Translations under genes and position numbers: made by a program
The notes under the pieces: generated by a model
Seen by the model: the letters and a program-made list of their open reading frames with translations, nothing else
What the model was told of the DNA's origin: nothing
Databases searched by the model: none
Assembly: GCA_963674705.1 (NCBI GenBank)
Contig: OY771506.1
Span: forward strand, 4,288,001 to 4,352,000
Origin: Phycisphaeraceae bacterium
GTDB taxonomy: Bacteria; Planctomycetota; Phycisphaerae; Phycisphaerales; Phycisphaeraceae
Direction of reading: 5' to 3'
DNA: 64,000 nt
In this document: piece after piece, positions 19,164 through 31,793 of the stretch
Position numbering within the stretch: position 1 is the first letter of the stretch
Layout: every line of letters starts with the position of its first letter

Positions 19164-20594
19164 CTAATCCCCCAGTCGTGGCCGGATGTTCGCACCCTTC
19201 ACGCCCGTCAGTTCATCCCCAAGATCCCCGCGCATCTCATCCATCAGTGCTTTCATCTTCGCCAGCACATCCGGGTGATCCTGCATGAGGTTTTTCTGCT
19301 CGCCGGGGTCGGTCGGTAGGTAATACAGAGCTTCGGGCATCTGGGCGTCGTATTCGCGCAGGCGGTGATCGTAGACGTTCTCTTCCCACAACGGCACCTC
19401 GGCGCGGTACTTCCATGGGCCACTTCGGACAGCGTGCAGGTTGTATTGGTGGTAGTAGTAGAACACCTCGCGCGGACTCGGTGAATCCGGGTCCTCCAGC
19501 AGGCTGGTGATATCTTTACCGTCGATCTTTTTCTCGATCATGTCAGTCGAATTCGTCAAAGCGGCGAGCGTCGGCAGGAAGTCCATTGAGGTCGTCACTT
19601 CCGAACATACACCGCCTTCGGGGATTCTTCTTGGCCACCTCGCGATGCACGGCACGCGCATCCCCCCGTCATACGTCGCGCCCTTCGCTGCGCGCAACGG
19701 TGTCGCCGAACCACCATCCTCGCCACGCAGATACCACGGCCCGTTGTCCGACGTGAAGATCACCAGCGTGTCTTTGTCCAGCCCCTGCTTCTTGAGCGTT
19801 TCCAGGATCTGCCCGACGCTCCAGTCGATCTCCTCGATCGCGTCGCCATAAAGCCCGCGCGGCGATCGATCGACAAAATCTTCCGATGCGTGCAACGGCG
19901 TGTGTGGCATGTTATGCGCCAGATATATAAAAAACGGCCGATCACGGTTCGTCTCGATGAACCGCTGAACCTCCTCGGTGTACCGCTTCGTCAACGTGTC
20001 CTGAACGATCGGCTCCTCGACCTTTTCCTCGTTGCGCTGTAACCAGACCGGATTCATGTCGTTGCTGTATGGCGTGCCGAACCAGTAATCGAACCCGTGC
20101 CGGATCGGTATATGCTCCGGCTGATGCCCGAGGTGCCACTTGCCGATGCACGCCGTGGCATACCCCTGCGACTGCATGAGTTCCGCGATCGTCAATTCGT
20201 CAGGATTGATGCCGCAGTTGCTGCGTTGATGCAACACATGCCTCGGCCCAAGGTGATCATTCTTAGGATTGTTACGCGGGAACTCCGCCATACTCACGCG
20301 CTGTGCGTAGCAACCAGTCATGATCGAAGCACGCGAAGGCGTGCAGATCGCTGACGACACATAAAAGTCCGTAAACCGAACCCCCTCCGCCGCCATCTTG
20401 TCGAGGTTCGGCGTCTTAATTAAAAATGATCCGTAACAGCCGACGTCGTTATACCCCTGGTCATCGGTCAGGATAATGATCACATTCGGTTTCTGTTTTG
20501 CATCCGCACGACTCGAGCCGATCGCGCACGACTGCAAACCCAAGCAACAAAGCAAAAGCAATCCTGCTCGCACAGCAAAGTCCGTATGCTTCAT
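19164..20594 (-). CDS. Formylglycine-dependent sulfatase (S1 family)
   Basis: PNVIIILTDDQG, CTPSRAS, GKWHLG, FTSDNG; lipoprotein-like signal. Confidence 0.95.
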   Translation of the reverse strand: MKHTDFAVRAGLLLLCCLGLQSCAIGSSRADAKQKPNVIIILTDDQGYNDVGCYGSFLIKTPNLDKMAAEGVRFTDFYVSSAICTPSRASIMTGCYAQRVSMAEFPRNNPKNDHLGPRHVLHQRSNCGINPDELTIAELMQSQGYATACIGKWHLGHQPEHIPIRHGFDYWFGTPYSNDMNPVWLQRNEEKVEEPIVQDTLTKRYTEEVQRFIETNRDRPFFIYLAHNMPHTPLHASEDFVDRSPRGLYGDAIEEIDWSVGQILETLKKQGLDKDTLVIFTSDNGPWYLRGEDGGSATPLRAAKGATYDGGMRVPCIARWPRRIPEGGVCSEVTTSMDFLPTLAALTNSTDMIEKKIDGKDITSLLEDPDSPSPREVFYYYHQYNLHAVRSGPWKYRAEVPLWEENVYDHRLREYDAQMPEALYYLPTDPGEQKNLMQDHPDVLAKMKALMDEMRGDLGDELTGVKGANIRPRLGD

Positions 20595-20761
20595 GGCAAA
20601 CCTATTCCGGTAAGTTAAAGAACCAACGACCTGTTCTTAGTGATGTGAGCCAATCACAAAACATTTGAAGAGACTCTCGAGGATGATTCCAATCCACTTG
20701 TGTCTACACGTGCTTCAACTGTCTCTTATCATCGCGATCTTCGCGCCTTCGCGGTTCAACC

Positions 20762-21295
20762 TCACCGCTTCGCTGCCGCGTTTTCCAGGTCCTGGATGGC
20801 CTGGCGATTCGCGACCTTGTCGATGGCGGGCATGCGGTCGAGGATGAGGATGCCATCGAGGTGGTCGGTCTCGTGTTGCCAGACGCGGGCGGCCAGTTCC
20901 TGGCTGGTGAGTTGGAACGGTTGGCCGTGCTCGTCGAGGGCGTCGATGGTGATGCCCAGGGGTCGGGTGATGTCGCCGGTGACGTGGGGGATGCTCAGGC
21001 AACCCTCATCGCGGGTGTGCATCTGCTCGGTCGGATTGGAAAATTGTGGATTAATAAAGACTCGGTCATCTTCTGGCTCCCCCGTCGGATTGGCGACAAA
21101 AAGCCGCCAGCTCAGCCCCACCTGGGGGGCAGCCAGCCCCACGCCACGGGCCTCGTGCATGAGCTGGAGCATCCGGGCGGCGACCTGCCGAACCTCATCC
21201 GTGACCTCTGGGACGGGCTCACAGGGCTTACGGAGCACCGGATCGGGGTAAAGGACGATTTTCAGGCTTTCGGGGTCTACGGGGCGGCTTGGCAT
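20762..21295 (-). CDS. def: Peptide deformylase
   Basis: GVGLAAPQVG, EGCLS, QHETDHLDG. Confidence 0.97.
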   Translation of the reverse strand: MPSRPVDPESLKIVLYPDPVLRKPCEPVPEVTDEVRQVAARMLQLMHEARGVGLAAPQVGLSWRLFVANPTGEPEDDRVFINPQFSNPTEQMHTRDEGCLSIPHVTGDITRPLGITIDALDEHGQPFQLTSQELAARVWQHETDHLDGILILDRMPAIDKVANRQAIQDLENAAAKR

Positions 21296-21368
21296 ATACA
21301 GGATGGTATGCCAGTGGCCCCGAAGGGACAAGCTGGTGCTAATTTGATGCTATACCGTAGGTTGGGAC

Positions 21369-21397
21369 TTGACCGGACCGCAAATCATTGGCATACT
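21369..21397 (+). promoter_or_regulatory. Putative sigma70 promoter of the HU gene
   Basis: TTGACC-N17-CATACT. Confidence 0.55.
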
Positions 21398-21510
21398 GAT
21401 CGTGGCTTGAGTTGATATACCCAAGGTCGAGCGGGCTCCGTGACACATCCGTACGCTCGTCTATAAGGCCTGAACTACACAGAAATTCGTTCAATGGAGA
21501 GGCTCCGCTG

Positions 21511-21831
21511 ATGGCCACCGTTACGAAAAAAGAACTGATTGACCAGATCGCAGACGCCACCGGACAAAAGCGAGTAGTTGTCAAAAGCATTGTCCAGACC
21601 TTCCTCAACAACATCGTTGTGGAGCTAGGTAAAGGTAACCGTCTGGAGTTCCGCGACTTCGGGGTGTTCGAGGTCAAGCAGCGCCGCGCCCGCAAGGCCC
21701 AGAACCCCAAGACCCTCGAAGAGGTCTGGGTTCCGCCCAAACGCACCGTCAAGTTCAAGGTCGGTCGGCTGATGAAGCAGACGCTCATCGATGAGCCCGC
21801 CGAGGCCGACAGACAGCGCGAAGCGCTCTAA
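21511..21831 (+). CDS. HU/IHF family DNA-binding protein
   Basis: TKKELI, LEFRDFGVFEV..R.ARKAQNPKT, VKFKVG; GGAG RBS. Confidence 0.95.
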   Translation: MATVTKKELIDQIADATGQKRVVVKSIVQTFLNNIVVELGKGNRLEFRDFGVFEVKQRRARKAQNPKTLEEVWVPPKRTVKFKVGRLMKQTLIDEPAEADRQREAL

Positions 21832-21947
21832 CTGATTGCCTATACTTTGCCAACACACGCTACCTTCATGCCGCTGGTTGCGCATACGGTTTTGTGCAGC
21901 GGTATCTTCACAGGTAACGGTTTGACAATCAGTATGGGTCCTTAACC

Positions 21948-23198
21948 TTGCCTGCCAACTCACAACACAACACATACCACGCCAATCCCGTCCTTGGCGA
22001 GTTGTCCGATGCGCTACACGAACTGGAGCAACACGGCCTGTTACGCTCGCTGCATGTCGCGGCCTGCGACGGGCCGATCGTCCGCTCAACCGATGGCCGC
22101 GAGTTCATCAACTTCACCAGCAACAGCTACCTGGGATTGAATGAACATCCGAAGATGAAGCAGGCTGTGCAGCAGGCCGTTCAGCAATACGGCACAGGCT
22201 CGGGCGCGAGCCTGCTGATCTCCGGCCACGGCCCGATACACGAACAGACTGAACACCGTTTCGCCCAGTTCAAGCACGCCGAAGCAGCGGTGCTGCTGCC
22301 TTCCGGTTATATGGCTAACCTCGCCGTCCTTACCGCACTAGCCGGCCCCGGTGATCTTGTATGCTTGGATAAACTCTGCCACGCCAGCCTCATCGACGGC
22401 GCACGAGCCAGCGGCGCAGATGTCCGTACCTATCCGCACCTGACCACCGACAAACTCCGCCGACTCCTCGAACGCCATGCCACCGACAACGCTTGCGGTT
22501 TAGCGGGTGATCGCAGATCGCCGCGCTCTCCCAGAAGATTCATCGTCACCGATAGTGTCTTCTCAATGGACGGCGACTGTGCCGACATGCCTGCACTCTG
22601 TGACCTCGCTGAAGAGTTCGACGCCCTGCTCATCGTTGACGAGGCTCACGGCACAGGCATCCTCGGCCAAACCGGCGCCGGCCTCTGCGAAGCGCAAGGC
22701 GTAGCCGATCGCGTCCACATCACTATCAGCACCGCCAGCAAAGCACTCGGCGGCCTGGGTGGAATCATCACCGCAGATAAAGTCATCATCGATACACTCA
22801 TCAACCTCGCCCGCCCGTTGATCTACACCACCGCAATCCCCCCCGCTCAAGCCGCCACGATCCTGCAGGCTGTCGAGTTGATCCGCGTTGAACCGGAACG
22901 CCGACAACGCCTGCAAGACCTGACGCAGCGACTGCGAAACGGCCTGATCGATCAGGGCTGGGATATCCCGCCGCAAGGCGAATTCGTCACACCCATCGTG
23001 CCGCTGATTGTCGGCTCCGCATCAGCCGCGACCACCCTCGCCGATCACCTGTTCGCCCAAGGCCTCGCCGCACCCGCCATCCGCCCGCCCACCGTCGCCC
23101 CCGGAAGCGCCCGTATCCGTCTCAGTGTCCGCGCTGATATGTCCGAACTGCACATCGATCGTTTGATCGATGCCCTGGCCGGCTTCAAACCTGAATGA
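21948..23198 (+). CDS. bioF: 8-amino-7-oxononanoate synthase
   Basis: NFTSNSYLGL, SGYMAN, HASLIDG, DSVFSMDGD, VDEAHG, TASKALG, AIRPPTV. Confidence 0.92.
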   Translation: MPANSQHNTYHANPVLGELSDALHELEQHGLLRSLHVAACDGPIVRSTDGREFINFTSNSYLGLNEHPKMKQAVQQAVQQYGTGSGASLLISGHGPIHEQTEHRFAQFKHAEAAVLLPSGYMANLAVLTALAGPGDLVCLDKLCHASLIDGARASGADVRTYPHLTTDKLRRLLERHATDNACGLAGDRRSPRSPRRFIVTDSVFSMDGDCADMPALCDLAEEFDALLIVDEAHGTGILGQTGAGLCEAQGVADRVHITISTASKALGGLGGIITADKVIIDTLINLARPLIYTTAIPPAQAATILQAVELIRVEPERRQRLQDLTQRLRNGLIDQGWDIPPQGEFVTPIVPLIVGSASAATTLADHLFAQGLAAPAIRPPTVAPGSARIRLSVRADMSELHIDRLIDALAGFKPE

Positions 23199-23720
23199 AT
23201 CCCGCACAGTATCCGTAGCCTGATCGGATGGCTTCTCATTCGTTTCACAAACCTGGCTGCCAAACATTCGGTGCAGGCGTTCTTTCTTTGGATCGACACC
23301 CGCATCACACCTTGCCGGCTCAGGTTCTTTTTCCAGGAATGCCCGCATCTCTCGCTCGCCTAACAGCCCCAATCGTCGAGACACGTTTCCACGATTGCGC
23401 GCCACCCAGTAGTACGCCCGTCGTGCAAAGCCGGCCATCCCTGGCCGGGCAAGCTTCAACGCCAGAGGACGGCACCTGCGGATCGCGTACAACACCATCA
23501 GCCACGCCTTGTCCGACCGATAGACCTCGCCGTTGTCACCAATCGCAAGTAATTCTTCAGGTGGACCATCCGCAATCAGCGTGGGGTATCGGTCTCTTGC
23601 GGCCTGGCTGTGCGAATCAAGAAACTTCACGGGAAAGTAAGTCTGCTGCTGCAGCACCCACTTCTTACACCGCACGCACAGTCCGCATTCGCCATCATAT
23701 AGAACGGTCAAAGAATTCAT
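23022..23720 (-). CDS. DCC1-like thiol-disulfide oxidoreductase (DUF393); 3' end overlaps bioF
   Basis: LTVLYDGECGLC and AYYWVARNR motifs. Confidence 0.85.
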   Translation of the reverse strand: MNSLTVLYDGECGLCVRCKKWVLQQQTYFPVKFLDSHSQAARDRYPTLIADGPPEELLAIGDNGEVYRSDKAWLMVLYAIRRCRPLALKLARPGMAGFARRAYYWVARNRGNVSRRLGLLGEREMRAFLEKEPEPARCDAGVDPKKERLHRMFGSQVCETNEKPSDQATDTVRDSFRFEAGQGIDQTIDVQFGHISADTETDTGASGGDGGRADGGCGEALGEQVIGEGGRG

Positions 23721-23767
23721 TGTCGGTACTCCGTTGTCCTTCACGGGTGTGTATGATCCGCTAGCTC

Positions 23768-24178
23768 TTACGCACTCGTCGCGATGGTCTGGTCAGGCGT
23801 CACCGGTGGCGGCGCCGTTTCGATCACCGCATGCTTGCGGCATCGCGTGAAGATATACAGGTTGAAAAAGTGCATGCCGCCCAGAACCACCAGCACAAAG
23901 CCGACCTTCGTGCTCAGGAATTCAATCGCACCCTGTAGGTCATCCGGCTTGCTCCCGTATTTGAGCGCTAATGTCACGTAACCGATGTTGATCAGGTAAA
24001 AACCGACGACCAGCAGGTGATTGATCGAATCCGCCAGCTTCTCGTTGCCATGAAACGCATCGACCAGGAAGTGTCGGCCGTTGCGGTGAAGCGTCCGCGC
24101 GACCCAGACCGTCAGCCCGATGCTGATCGGTACATAAAAGGCATACGTCAGCACGGTGTAATTCATATTCTCAAGCAT
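23768..24178 (-). CDS. Conserved three-TM membrane protein
   Basis: TVWVARTLHRNG..FL, LADSINHLLVVGFYLINIG, LGGMHFFN; AAGGA RBS; follows a GbsR-type regulator. Confidence 0.85.
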   Translation of the reverse strand: MLENMNYTVLTYAFYVPISIGLTVWVARTLHRNGRHFLVDAFHGNEKLADSINHLLVVGFYLINIGYVTLALKYGSKPDDLQGAIEFLSTKVGFVLVVLGGMHFFNLYIFTRCRKHAVIETAPPPVTPDQTIATSA

Positions 24179-24207
24179 CACGTGTTCCTTTCCGGGCCGG
24201 GGCCCTA

Positions 24208-24234
24208 TTTCAGTTGTTTCTGTATTGACTGAAA
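24208..24234. promoter_or_regulatory. Putative operator 2 for the GbsR-family regulator
   Basis: tttcagt-tgtt-tctgta-ttg-actgaaa aligns without gaps to 24813-24839. Confidence 0.65.
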
Positions 24235-24275
24235 CTTCAATAGCCGCGTATAAATCCGCCGCCCCCGTTCGGCGG

Positions 24276-24803
24276 TTAGTTCAGGTTCAACAGCTTGGGG
24301 ATGCGTTTACCCATCTTCACGAATCGCGCCATCGCAGGGACAGGCAATCCGCGGACGGTGCTGTAAAAGCCGGTCATGCTCTCGACGAATTCGAGCATTT
24401 CGTGCAGCCTCTTGGCGGTATTCGGGTCGGCTTTCTTCTTCTCATCGATCTCCTGCACGCACTGACGCAGGACGGTCAGCGTCGGGTCAATCTCCCGCTT
24501 TTTACGCTCATCCATGATGATCCGGAACATCTCCCAGACATCGGTCAGCGTCTGGAAGTGGTCCCGCCTGTCGCCCATGACGGGTACCGTCCTGACGATC
24601 CCCCAGCTCTGCAGTTCCCGGATGCTGGTACTGACATTCGACCGCGCCACCGCCAGTGTCGCCGCGATCTCATCGGCCGGCAGGGGCTTATCCGACAGGT
24701 ACAAAAGCGCATGGATCTGCGCTACCGTGCGGTTGATCCCCCACCGCGTGCCCATCTCGCCCCAGTGCAGGATAAACCGTTCAGCGGTCGGTTCGAGGTT
24801 CAT
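24276..24803 (-). CDS. GbsR/MarR family transcriptional regulator
   Basis: FILHWGEMGTRWGINRTVAQIHALLY, ARSNVSTSIRELQSWG, ERKKREIDP. Confidence 0.92.
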   Translation of the reverse strand: MNLEPTAERFILHWGEMGTRWGINRTVAQIHALLYLSDKPLPADEIAATLAVARSNVSTSIRELQSWGIVRTVPVMGDRRDHFQTLTDVWEMFRIIMDERKKREIDPTLTVLRQCVQEIDEKKKADPNTAKRLHEMLEFVESMTGFYSTVRGLPVPAMARFVKMGKRIPKLLNLN

Positions 24804-24812
24804 ATTCATTCC

Positions 24813-24839
24813 TTTCAGTCATTACTGAAATTACTGTAT
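24813..24839. promoter_or_regulatory. Putative autoregulatory operator 1
   Basis: Palindrome TTTCAGT-catt-ACTGAAA plus an extra half-site, next to the regulator's RBS. Confidence 0.7.
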
Positions 24840-24954
24840 GCATCAGCCGCCCCCATGTCAAGCCCGGAGATAACCACTTCAGATAAATAGATCCCGGCAG
24901 GTCACGGCGGCCTGCCGGACAATGAAGTATCGCTACATCGTTGCCGCCCGAACT

Positions 24955-26427
24955 TCAGGCCAGGCAGCAACGTCTACGCGTGATTGATACCGCCCCGATC
25001 AAAGCCAAAACAGCAAGCGTACTCGGCTCAGGGATCGAAGACGCAACCGGCGGGATGCCGCGGTTCCAGTTGTTCAGGACGATGTCCAGGTCGTCCAGAC
25101 CGACGAACCCGTCACCGGATGGATCGGCATACTCGTGAATCGGCGGCACGGTCCGGTTCCAGTTGTTCAGGATAATATCCAGGTCGGACAGGCCGACGAA
25201 GCCGTCACCATCGAGGTCGCCCTCGGGGATAATCGAGTATTCGATGTCGAGCGAGACCGGTGGGTAAACAGCACTCTCCAACGCCCCGAAACTGAATTGC
25301 TGGAACTGTTCCGAGCCGTGAAGGACAAGACCCAGGTAATCGCTGTGTTGCAGCATCAGTTGGAGGAGGGTGGGATCAAGATCAATTTCAACAGGGTCAG
25401 AACTGGTGACTTCATCGGAGATACCCAGTAAAAATGCGGTGTTTTCAGCGTCGTAGGCATCAGGCGCACCGTTGCCCCCGTAGCCATAGACAGGAATGCG
25501 AGGCCCGCCGGTGGTCCCGCCGCTGGAATACAGCCAGGGATCAACGACTAATGTCAACGAAGTGATCGTTGCGTTGTCTGGTATGACACTGATGTCAAAC
25601 TCCATGACGGCCCGTTCTTCTTGCGGATCGTATGGGTGTATGTATGCGGCGAGTGTTGTGCTGCCATCGGAGATATCAAACGACGAGCCGTTCCATTGCG
25701 CCTGGGCGTCGAACGCCGGCAGCAGCGTGGCCGATTGATGCGGTGAAGCCGAGAGCGGTTCGAGGACGGCGCCATAGATATCAAAGGTGTCGCCGCTGAC
25801 CGCCTCGATCGCGAGCGTGCCGGAAGAATCCGCGATAAAACGCTTGGCATAGGAATCGAAGGTACGAGATGAGCTGCCGTACTGGCCGTTGATCGCGAGG
25901 ACTGCATCGTTAGGGATATCAATATCTGTCCAGCCCGTAGCGCCGCTGACACTGAAGTCCATGGGGTCACTGTAGGACCGCCCAAGCAGCCAGAAGTCGT
26001 AGATCTGTCCCGGGATCAGGCCGGTGAATTCCAGCCGCTGGCCGACAGTATGCATCGCGATGGTATGGTCAAACGGGGAGAGGTCCAGCCCGGACGGGGT
26101 ATAAGCCGAGTAGACCGGCATGTTGGTGCCGGTAACAAAAAAGCCCGTTCCGTTGTCAAAGTTGAACGAGATGCCGGTGGGGTTATTCATTTCATCGATC
26201 AAAGGGAGCGTGACACCGCTCAGCACGTCCGAGGAGTTGTAGCTATTCCAATTATCCGGCGGAAGCGGAGAGGAGGAAGATGATTGGAAGTCGAGGAAGG
26301 TTTTAACCGCGAGCGCCGGGCTAGCGCTTATCAGTAAGACGGGCAAGACGACGGTTAGCCAAAAATACGTGCCGCGATTTAAAACGATCTTTCCGGTAGC
26401 TTGAAAGTGAGATTTGAACACAGCCAC
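24955..26427 (-). CDS. Secreted PEP-CTERM sorting-domain protein with dockerin-like Ca-binding duplication
   Basis: Signal peptide; GDLDGDGFVGLSDLDIILNNWN / ADPSGDGFVGLDDLDIVLNNWN; IPEPSTL-TM-RRR. Confidence 0.9.
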   Translation of the reverse strand: MAVFKSHFQATGKIVLNRGTYFWLTVVLPVLLISASPALAVKTFLDFQSSSSSPLPPDNWNSYNSSDVLSGVTLPLIDEMNNPTGISFNFDNGTGFFVTGTNMPVYSAYTPSGLDLSPFDHTIAMHTVGQRLEFTGLIPGQIYDFWLLGRSYSDPMDFSVSGATGWTDIDIPNDAVLAINGQYGSSSRTFDSYAKRFIADSSGTLAIEAVSGDTFDIYGAVLEPLSASPHQSATLLPAFDAQAQWNGSSFDISDGSTTLAAYIHPYDPQEERAVMEFDISVIPDNATITSLTLVVDPWLYSSGGTTGGPRIPVYGYGGNGAPDAYDAENTAFLLGISDEVTSSDPVEIDLDPTLLQLMLQHSDYLGLVLHGSEQFQQFSFGALESAVYPPVSLDIEYSIIPEGDLDGDGFVGLSDLDIILNNWNRTVPPIHEYADPSGDGFVGLDDLDIVLNNWNRGIPPVASSIPEPSTLAVLALIGAVSITRRRCCLA

Positions 26428-26714
26428 ACTCCTTCCCCTGTTATAAGTTATATGTTCCGGGAGCCCGGTACTGGAAACTCAAGGCTACCAGAAACAGAAT
26501 TGCTTTCAAGTTTTTGCCTTTTTTTAATCTTTTGAAAATCCGGCTTATTTTCCAGTGGCGAGATTCGGGGCAAAATGCGAAATCGAATACCGCCCCCTAC
26601 TTCTGCATGGTGTCGGAATGCCGTACGGGATAAAATTCACGTCATGTGCCTGGCTGCATAGCTGGGCAAAGGTCAATCTGTGAAGTATCAGTTCATAGTT
26701 AACGGGGCCAACCG

Positions 26715-27665
26715 ATGACATCGTCCGCGACACTCCTGGAACGCTACAAAGGGTGCCTGTTGGGATTAGCCGTCGCAGACGCTCTCGGTGCGCCATTCGA
26801 AGGGCTCGAAAACGACCTGATCCGCGCGATCGCGGGGGATTCGGATCAGATCGTCGCCAAACCCACCGTTGAAACCATGTACTACACGGACGACACGCAG
26901 ATGACTATCGGCGTCGCCGAGACTTTGATTACTCACGGTCGGATCGAGCCGGACGCGCTGGCCAAGTCGTTCGCGGATAACTTTGATTCCAATCGCGGCT
27001 ACGGCCCCGGCGCGAAGAAGATCATACAAGCCATGATCGACCGGGAAGACTGGCAAAAGCTCTCGAACGAAATCTACCCGGGTGGATCGTACGGCAACGG
27101 CGCCGCGATGCGGATCGCCCCGGTCGGCCTGGCCTTCCATCGAGACCTCGAAACGCTTAACGAGCAGGTCAGGCTCGCCTCTGAACCAACCCACAAACAC
27201 AACCTCGCGGTGGAAGGGGCTCTGCTGATCGCCCATGCGATCTCTTTTGTTATGCGACACTCGACGTTCAATCGCAAAGACTTCTTCGACTACCTGAAGA
27301 AACAGGTGAACGAAGAGGAATTCAAGTGGCAGCTTTCGCTCGCAGACCAGATCGAGATAGGCAGCCCATTGTGGTCCTCACTTGGCAACAGCCTGGAAGC
27401 CCACCGTTCGGTGCTGGCGAGCATCGCGTGTTTCGCCGTGTCGCCTGACTCGTATGAACAGACGATCGGGCGAGCCATCTTCCTCGGCAACGACACGGAT
27501 ACGCTCGCTGCCATGGCCGGCGCAATCAGCGGAGCGTACCTCGGTATCCAAGCCGTCCCCACCCACCTGTTGGATATCATGGAAGAACAAGGCAAGGGCA
27601 GACGCTACATCGAAGACCTGGCCGTCCAACTCTATGAGAGGTTCGAAGGCGACCGGGTGGTATGA
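26715..27665 (+). CDS. ADP-ribosylglycohydrolase (DraG/ARH family)
   Basis: GCLLGLAVADALGAP.E, YTDDTQMT, GNGAAMRIAP, DTDTLAAMAGAISGA. Confidence 0.95.
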   Translation: MTSSATLLERYKGCLLGLAVADALGAPFEGLENDLIRAIAGDSDQIVAKPTVETMYYTDDTQMTIGVAETLITHGRIEPDALAKSFADNFDSNRGYGPGAKKIIQAMIDREDWQKLSNEIYPGGSYGNGAAMRIAPVGLAFHRDLETLNEQVRLASEPTHKHNLAVEGALLIAHAISFVMRHSTFNRKDFFDYLKKQVNEEEFKWQLSLADQIEIGSPLWSSLGNSLEAHRSVLASIACFAVSPDSYEQTIGRAIFLGNDTDTLAAMAGAISGAYLGIQAVPTHLLDIMEEQGKGRRYIEDLAVQLYERFEGDRVV

Positions 27666-27734
27666 ATCAGCATGATCCCCCGGTTGCATTTCGGCATATA
27701 CAGGATCGTCAATATCTATCACCGATCCTGTTTC

Positions 27735-28271
27735 TTAACCGGTGATATCAAATACGTCATCACTTTCAAGGCCTCGAATGAAGTCCTCGAAAGTCCTCGC
27801 CACAAAAGTGATCTGGTAATCAGATTCCTGATCGACATGAACAACCTGTGGCTCCCCCTCTGGTCCGCACTCCCGATAGTCCAGACAAAGCATGTCATGC
27901 CCGGCTGATGGACAATCTGCAAAGTACACGCCAATGGGAGGGTACTCCCATTCATCCATCCAGAATTGACTGCCGGTATTACCGCAAAGTGAATAGGGTC
28001 GGCTCCTGTTTATCCCGTAGATTCCCGTGATGGCAACATGATCTTCTGCCCAAGAAGTTGACTCGTGAGTACGGTGATTAGTTCGAACGGGGGTTCCACC
28101 GTTTTGATACTGCATCAACTCAACATACGACTTGGGCAGTTTGTATCCGAGTTCCTGTTCCACCGAGGCGAGAAGCTCATCGGTGAGTGGTTCGCCGACG
28201 TAGTTCTTCAAGGCGTAGCCGGAATTATCCCAGAAGTGGGAGACGTCAAAATCTCCAAATACTGTGCTCAT
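27735..28271 (-). CDS. SMI1/KNR4 (SUKH) family protein
   Basis: VEQELGYKLPKSY..LM..QNGG, PSAGHDMLCLDYR..G..GEPQVVHVDQE, ARTFEDFIRGL. Confidence 0.93.
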   Translation of the reverse strand: MSTVFGDFDVSHFWDNSGYALKNYVGEPLTDELLASVEQELGYKLPKSYVELMQYQNGGTPVRTNHRTHESTSWAEDHVAITGIYGINRSRPYSLCGNTGSQFWMDEWEYPPIGVYFADCPSAGHDMLCLDYRECGPEGEPQVVHVDQESDYQITFVARTFEDFIRGLESDDVFDITG

Positions 28272-28385
28272 GAGTGAACATCCTTAGCTATCTCCCGGCC
28301 CTGGAATTAACCGGGTAGGGAGTCGATTTTCGGTGCAGCTTCAGTGATATGATCGTATTGTATATGGGAGTGGCTAAATGCGCGC

Positions 28386-28421
28386 AAAAAAGAACCCCAC
28401 CAGTTTTACCTGGCGGGGTTC
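28386..28421 (-). terminator. rRNA unit terminator
   Basis: gaaccccaccag-tttta-cctggcggggttc stem with a U-tract on the minus strand. Confidence 0.8.
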
Positions 28422-28424
28422 ATT

Positions 28425-28535
28425 AAGCCGGCGATGACCTACTTTCCCGCAGTGACAGTATCATCGGCGCGACGGGCTTAACTGCTGAGTTCGGTATGGG
28501 ATCAGGTGTGACCCCGTCGCTATGGTCACCGGCAA
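28425..28535 (-). rRNA. rrf: 5S rRNA (about 110 nt)
   Basis: Reverse complement contains CCTGATCCCATACCGAACTCAGCAGTTAAGC and GAAAGTAGGTCATCGCCGG. Confidence 0.96.
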
Positions 28536-28756
28536 AAGCTGTTGACGCCTTCCAGCGTCGACGGCTTGCGTGATCCGTGGAAGGGTTGGGTATAAAACCA
28601 CGGATCACTTAAAAGCAAGTGATGAAAAGTCTTGGCCCCCGGAAGTTTCCTTCCGAGGTTTAAGTTATGCAAATAAGTGCATGACACGAGCCCTAGCGTT
28701 ATTGAGGGCTTGCTGACCGTTGACCGACGTTTGTTGTACGTGGGTCGTGGGTCGGG

Positions 28757-31606
<2,850 letters not shown>

Positions 31607-31793
31607 CCCGACCTGCGACCGACGATAAACGCCGACACAAATCGGGTCATCCGCTGTGCACGATTTACACACAGCGACCCACTTCCACACAGCCTCGAAC
31701 AGACAACTGCGCTTCGGTGAGCAAGCTCCTCATTGCGCTAGAACTTACTCGGTATCACACTACAAATTGCGTGCAACACCAAGACCTTTCCAC

